From contig JBMNLZ010000002.1 of the NCBI GenBank assembly GCA_050953065.1, positions 224,001 through 288,000 on the forward strand: a DNA stretch of 64,000 nt, in the 5' to 3' direction. Positions 60,821 through 64,000 of the stretch are shown here, piece after piece (position 1 is the stretch's first letter; the number at the start of each line of letters is the position of its first letter). The position numbers and the translations under genes were made by a program. The stretch comes from Bacilli bacterium (lineage in GTDB: Bacteria; Bacillota_I; Bacilli_A; ML615J-28; CAG-698). The notes below the pieces were generated by a model that did not search any database, was not told where the DNA came from, and worked only from the letters and a program-made list of their open reading frames with translations.

Positions 60821-61759
60821 GTGAAAAAAATTAAAGATTTTAATCCTGGTGATGAGGCGAGTCTTTATTTAAGATTTTCAGATATTCAGTTTAGAAAGAC
60901 TCAAGCTAATGCTGATTATGCAAGTATGCTAGGATTTGATGGGACTGATTTAATTGATGTAAAGATGTGGTCCTTAAAAGAAGAAGAAAAAGAAATTTTA
61001 AAAAATGGTGAGATTTATCTAGCAAGTGGTAGAATGAAAGACTATCAAGGTAAGATGCAATTTAACGTTGTAAATATTAGAGAAATAACAAGTGAAGATG
61101 ATATTGTTATGGAAGAATTTTTTGAATATGCGCCACTTAAAAAAACAGACTTAGAAAAGTTAATTATTGGATATATTCAAAAAATTGAAAATAAGAATTT
61201 ATTTGAAATAGTAAATTATATTTTTAAAAAATATCATAAGGATTTCTTTTTACATCCTGCAGCGATGACAATGCATCATAATTATTATTCAGGGCTTGCT
61301 TATCATACATATACAATGCTTAGATTAAGTGAGGCATATTTAGATATTTATGAGTTTTTAAATAAAGATTTAGTTTATGCTGGAATATTATTACATGATA
61401 TTGGAAAAGTAATAGAGTTGTCTGGACCTAAAGGAACAGAATATACTAAAGAAGGAAACTTACTAGGTCATATCTTTATTGGGTCAAGTGAAATTAGTAA
61501 GGCTGCGGAAGCTTTAGGTATTGAAGAAACAGATGAAGTAATTTCTTTAATTCATATTATTTTATCTCATCATGGGAAATTAGAGTTTGGTTCTCCAAAA
61601 GAACCAATGATAGCTGAAGCTGTTTTAATTCATTATTTAGATTTAACTGATTCAAGGTTAGCATCTTTAGAAAAAGATTTAGAAAAAACAGAAGCAGGTG
61701 GCTTTACAGAACCGCTTATTTCTTTTGATAGAAGAAACTTCTATAAACCAAAAATATAG
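60821..61759 (+). CDS. yhaM: 3'-5' exoribonuclease YhaM (OB plus HD domains)
   Basis: PAA..HH.Y.GL.H, LLHDIGK, LLGHI, SHHGKLEFGSP. Confidence 0.92.
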   Translation: MKKIKDFNPGDEASLYLRFSDIQFRKTQANADYASMLGFDGTDLIDVKMWSLKEEEKEILKNGEIYLASGRMKDYQGKMQFNVVNIREITSEDDIVMEEFFEYAPLKKTDLEKLIIGYIQKIENKNLFEIVNYIFKKYHKDFFLHPAAMTMHHNYYSGLAYHTYTMLRLSEAYLDIYEFLNKDLVYAGILLHDIGKVIELSGPKGTEYTKEGNLLGHIFIGSSEISKAAEALGIEETDEVISLIHIILSHHGKLEFGSPKEPMIAEAVLIHYLDLTDSRLASLEKDLEKTEAGGFTEPLISFDRRNFYKPKI

Positions 61760-62211
61760 TTTGATTTTAAACACACATTTTTAAAAGAAATGTGTGTTTT
61801 ATTTAAAAAAGCACCTTGTGCGAAGTATTGATGCGAATCTTTAAATATGAACCAATTTAATAAACTTGAAACTCCTTTTGGAACTTCTTGATATTTTTCT
61901 AAAGCAAACTCTAAATATTCTTTTCCACTATCTTCAATATGATAGTAATTTCTAAATCTTTTTTTACCAACCAATACTTTGTTTGAAGAAATGAGTTTTC
62001 TTTCTTCTAGTTTATATAAAGGGCCATATAAAGAACCTTCTTTAACATCAAATACACCATTAGTTCTTATATATAAGTCTTTTTTAATCTCATAACCATA
62101 AGTATCTTTTTCGGTTAAAAGATATAAGATTAGGATTTCTAACAATCCAAATTTTAAATTTTCATCAAGATCAAATTTCCATTTTTCATTAGGATCTATT
62201 TTCCACCACAT
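61741..62211 (-). CDS. PadR family transcriptional regulator
   Basis: G.LE.LIL.LL..D.YGYEI, EGSLY..L.KLE...LI, R.YY.I...G. Confidence 0.9.
   Translation of the reverse strand: MWWKIDPNEKWKFDLDENLKFGLLEILILYLLTEKDTYGYEIKKDLYIRTNGVFDVKEGSLYGPLYKLEERKLISSNKVLVGKKRFRNYYHIEDSGKEYLEFALEKYQEVPKGVSSLLNWFIFKDSHQYFAQGAFLNKTHISFKNVCLKSNYIFGL
61769..61801 (+). terminator. Terminator of yhaM
   Basis: aaacacacattt / aaatgtgtgttt. Confidence 0.75.
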
Positions 62212-62357
62212 AATTAATCACCTGCTTTTTATTTGTTTTAGATTTGATAATATAATCTCTGACTTAAATTATATACGAATTGTATATTAATTATAGTAAA
62301 ATAATATGTACATTGTAATTAGACTTATAATCTACAAACAATATTATATTAAACAAT

Positions 62358-62391
62358 ATATGTTGACATAGATATTTTTAAGTGTTAAAAT
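62358..62391 (+). promoter_or_regulatory. Sigma-A promoter of the lipoprotein-hydrolase operon
   Basis: TTGACA-17 nt-TAAAAT with extended -10 TG; 30/34 identical to 13931-13964. Confidence 0.75.
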
Positions 62392-62632
62392 TCTTGTGAG
62401 CAATTTAAGGAAGAGGGGGTGAATGTTGTATGATTAAAATAATTTGAATTTTTGATAATGCTATGGTCAATTCATAAAATTGTATTTGTTAGTAAAATTG
62501 TAAGTAGTAAGGATAATAGTTTGTAACGTAATTAAATATATTTAGTTATGATAATTAATTTGAATACTAATATTGGTTTATTATAATTAAAAATATACAA
62601 ATAATTTATAATTGTAAGAGAGGTAAGTGAAA

Positions 62633-63346
62633 ATGAGAAAATTATGTATTTTAATTATTATACTATTAAGTAATTTTAGTCTTGTAGGTTGTAGAAAACC
62701 GATAAAAGAGTATAGAGATGAAAATTTTATTTATGATTATAGGTCCTATATGAATGAAGATTGGATTTATTTAAAAGCTCTAACAAAAGAAGGAAAAGAA
62801 AAAGAATATCTTGTTGTACCAAATAAATATAACGGATATCCAGTTAGATTAGAGGGGTATGGAATACTTCAAGACCAATTAGATATAAGAAGTGATAAAC
62901 TTATAAAAATTTATATATCTAATGAAATAAAAAATTTAGCCAATTTTTATACAGGAGATGATGTAAAAATAATTTGTATTTCTAATAATATATTGAGTTT
63001 TACAGACAATAATAAAAATTATGTATCATTAAAGTTTTATGAAGAGTTAAATGAAAAAGGAAAAATAAAATCTAATAAAATTTATCCAGCTAATTTGAGC
63101 TATCAATATAATTATGAAGATGCTCCGAATGATGGATATTATTGGCTTGATGATTATGATAATGAAAATATTGTTTTTATTCCCCAAGATCCAGTTAGAA
63201 TAGGATATATATTTGGTGGTTGGTATAAAGAAGAAGAATGTATAAACAAATGGGATTTTGGAGACGATATTATTCCAGCAAAGGAATATGATGATAAAAA
63301 TAAGTATATTATTAACGAAACAATTTTGTATGCAAAATGGATATAG
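62633..63346 (+). CDS. Lipoprotein with InlB B-repeat, same family as 11989 and 12746
   Basis: MRKL..SLVGC; LT.EGKEKE.LV.P, YNY.DAPN.GYYW.D, P.R.GY.F.GWY.EEEC...WD, LYAKW. Confidence 0.85.
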   Translation: MRKLCILIIILLSNFSLVGCRKPIKEYRDENFIYDYRSYMNEDWIYLKALTKEGKEKEYLVVPNKYNGYPVRLEGYGILQDQLDIRSDKLIKIYISNEIKNLANFYTGDDVKIICISNNILSFTDNNKNYVSLKFYEELNEKGKIKSNKIYPANLSYQYNYEDAPNDGYYWLDDYDNENIVFIPQDPVRIGYIFGGWYKEEECINKWDFGDDIIPAKEYDDKNKYIINETILYAKWI

Positions 63347-63358
63347 GGGGAGAAATAA

Positions 63359-64000
63359 ATGTTAAAAAATAAAATTTTAAAATTGTGTTTTAGTTTATTA
63401 TTGTTATTAGTTATAGTGTTTGGCTTTTCAAATATAGTTATATTTGCAGCAGAAAATGGAAGCGATGATTTCGTTGGGTATTCATCTTTATTAAGTAGGG
63501 ATGAATTGCAAGAAGAAACAACAACAACGTATTTTACAAATATTAACTACGAGGAAAATGATTTTGATTATACAAATACAAATATACAAGTTGATGATTC
63601 AGAACCGTTGTTAACAGTGCTTGTTCACGGTTATGGTAGTAATGCAAGTGTTTGGAGTAATAATTTTGAATTTTTTAGTGAAGAAGATTTACGGTTAGAA
63701 AAGAAAGATGAAAAATTTACTTACGATTCAGACTCATTAATTGAAAGACTTAGAAATATAACGGAAGCTAATATATATTGTGCAGAAATGATGACATCCA
63801 GTTCTTTTGTATTATATAAATTACCTGAGTTATCAGATAATTTATTAGCTGTCCAAGATTCTTTTAGTTTAAATGGAAGTATTACGAACGATGAATTAGA
63901 TTTAATAGATTATAAAAATAATGGTGAGATAATTAAACAAATTAACGATATATCAAAACATTCTGTAGTTATTTTTAAATCAAAAAATTCAAGGGCATCA
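63359..64000 (+). CDS. Secreted alpha/beta-hydrolase-like protein, paralog of ORF 2..4183 (3'-partial; not in the supplied ORF track)
   Basis: Own translation: MLKNKILKLCF..IVIFAAENGSDDFVG..NINYE..LVHGYGSNASVWSN..YDSDSLIERLR..ANIY..H.V.IF; open to the window end. Confidence 0.8.
   Translation, partial: MLKNKILKLCFSLLLLLVIVFGFSNIVIFAAENGSDDFVGYSSLLSRDELQEETTTTYFTNINYEENDFDYTNTNIQVDDSEPLLTVLVHGYGSNASVWSNNFEFFSEEDLRLEKKDEKFTYDSDSLIERLRNITEANIYCAEMMTSSSFVLYKLPELSDNLLAVQDSFSLNGSITNDELDLIDYKNNGEIIKQINDISKHSVVIFKSKNSRAS

Noticed and set aside
1-64000. CRISPR array, rRNA or tRNA genes
   Set aside because: No regularly spaced short repeats and no GC-rich structural RNA stretches were seen; intergenic gaps are short and AT-rich.

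Overview
Low-GC bacterial chromosome segment read with genetic code 11 (TGG=Trp, TGA=stop). Gene content and order suggest a Bacilli/Mollicutes-like organism, possibly Acholeplasmatales/Izemoplasmatales-like; this taxonomy is inference. The backbone is housekeeping: trpS, spx, nadK, clpP, T-box pheST, ispH, efp, coaX, mgtE, uppP, tkt, oppBCDFA, trmB, rpsF-ssb-rpsR, gdpP::rplI, dnaB, prfA, alr, prmC, tsaC, rpiB, upp, yigZ, yhaM. The main candidate system occurs at three accessory loci (1-4183, 11.9-18.5 kb, 62.3-64 kb): a small lipoprotein gene followed by a large secreted enzyme. The two enzymes whose C-termini are visible have different N-terminal catalytic heads (GHSRGG alpha/beta-hydrolase versus S8 subtilase) on a homologous C-terminal scaffold. 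The loci also show tandem 'orphan' lipoprotein paralogs with a hypervariable patch, a shared 34-bp promoter, a GC step inside the subtilase gene and an IS remnant. This looks like a modular effector plus cognate-lipoprotein (polymorphic toxin/immunity-like) system, but the function is inferred, not shown. Other oddities are a GdpP-L9 fusion, three apparently catalytically dead proteins (CCA-like, PTS EIIB-like, ABC ATPase-like) and three single-base gene disruptions that may be assembly errors. No rRNA, tRNA or CRISPR array was seen.
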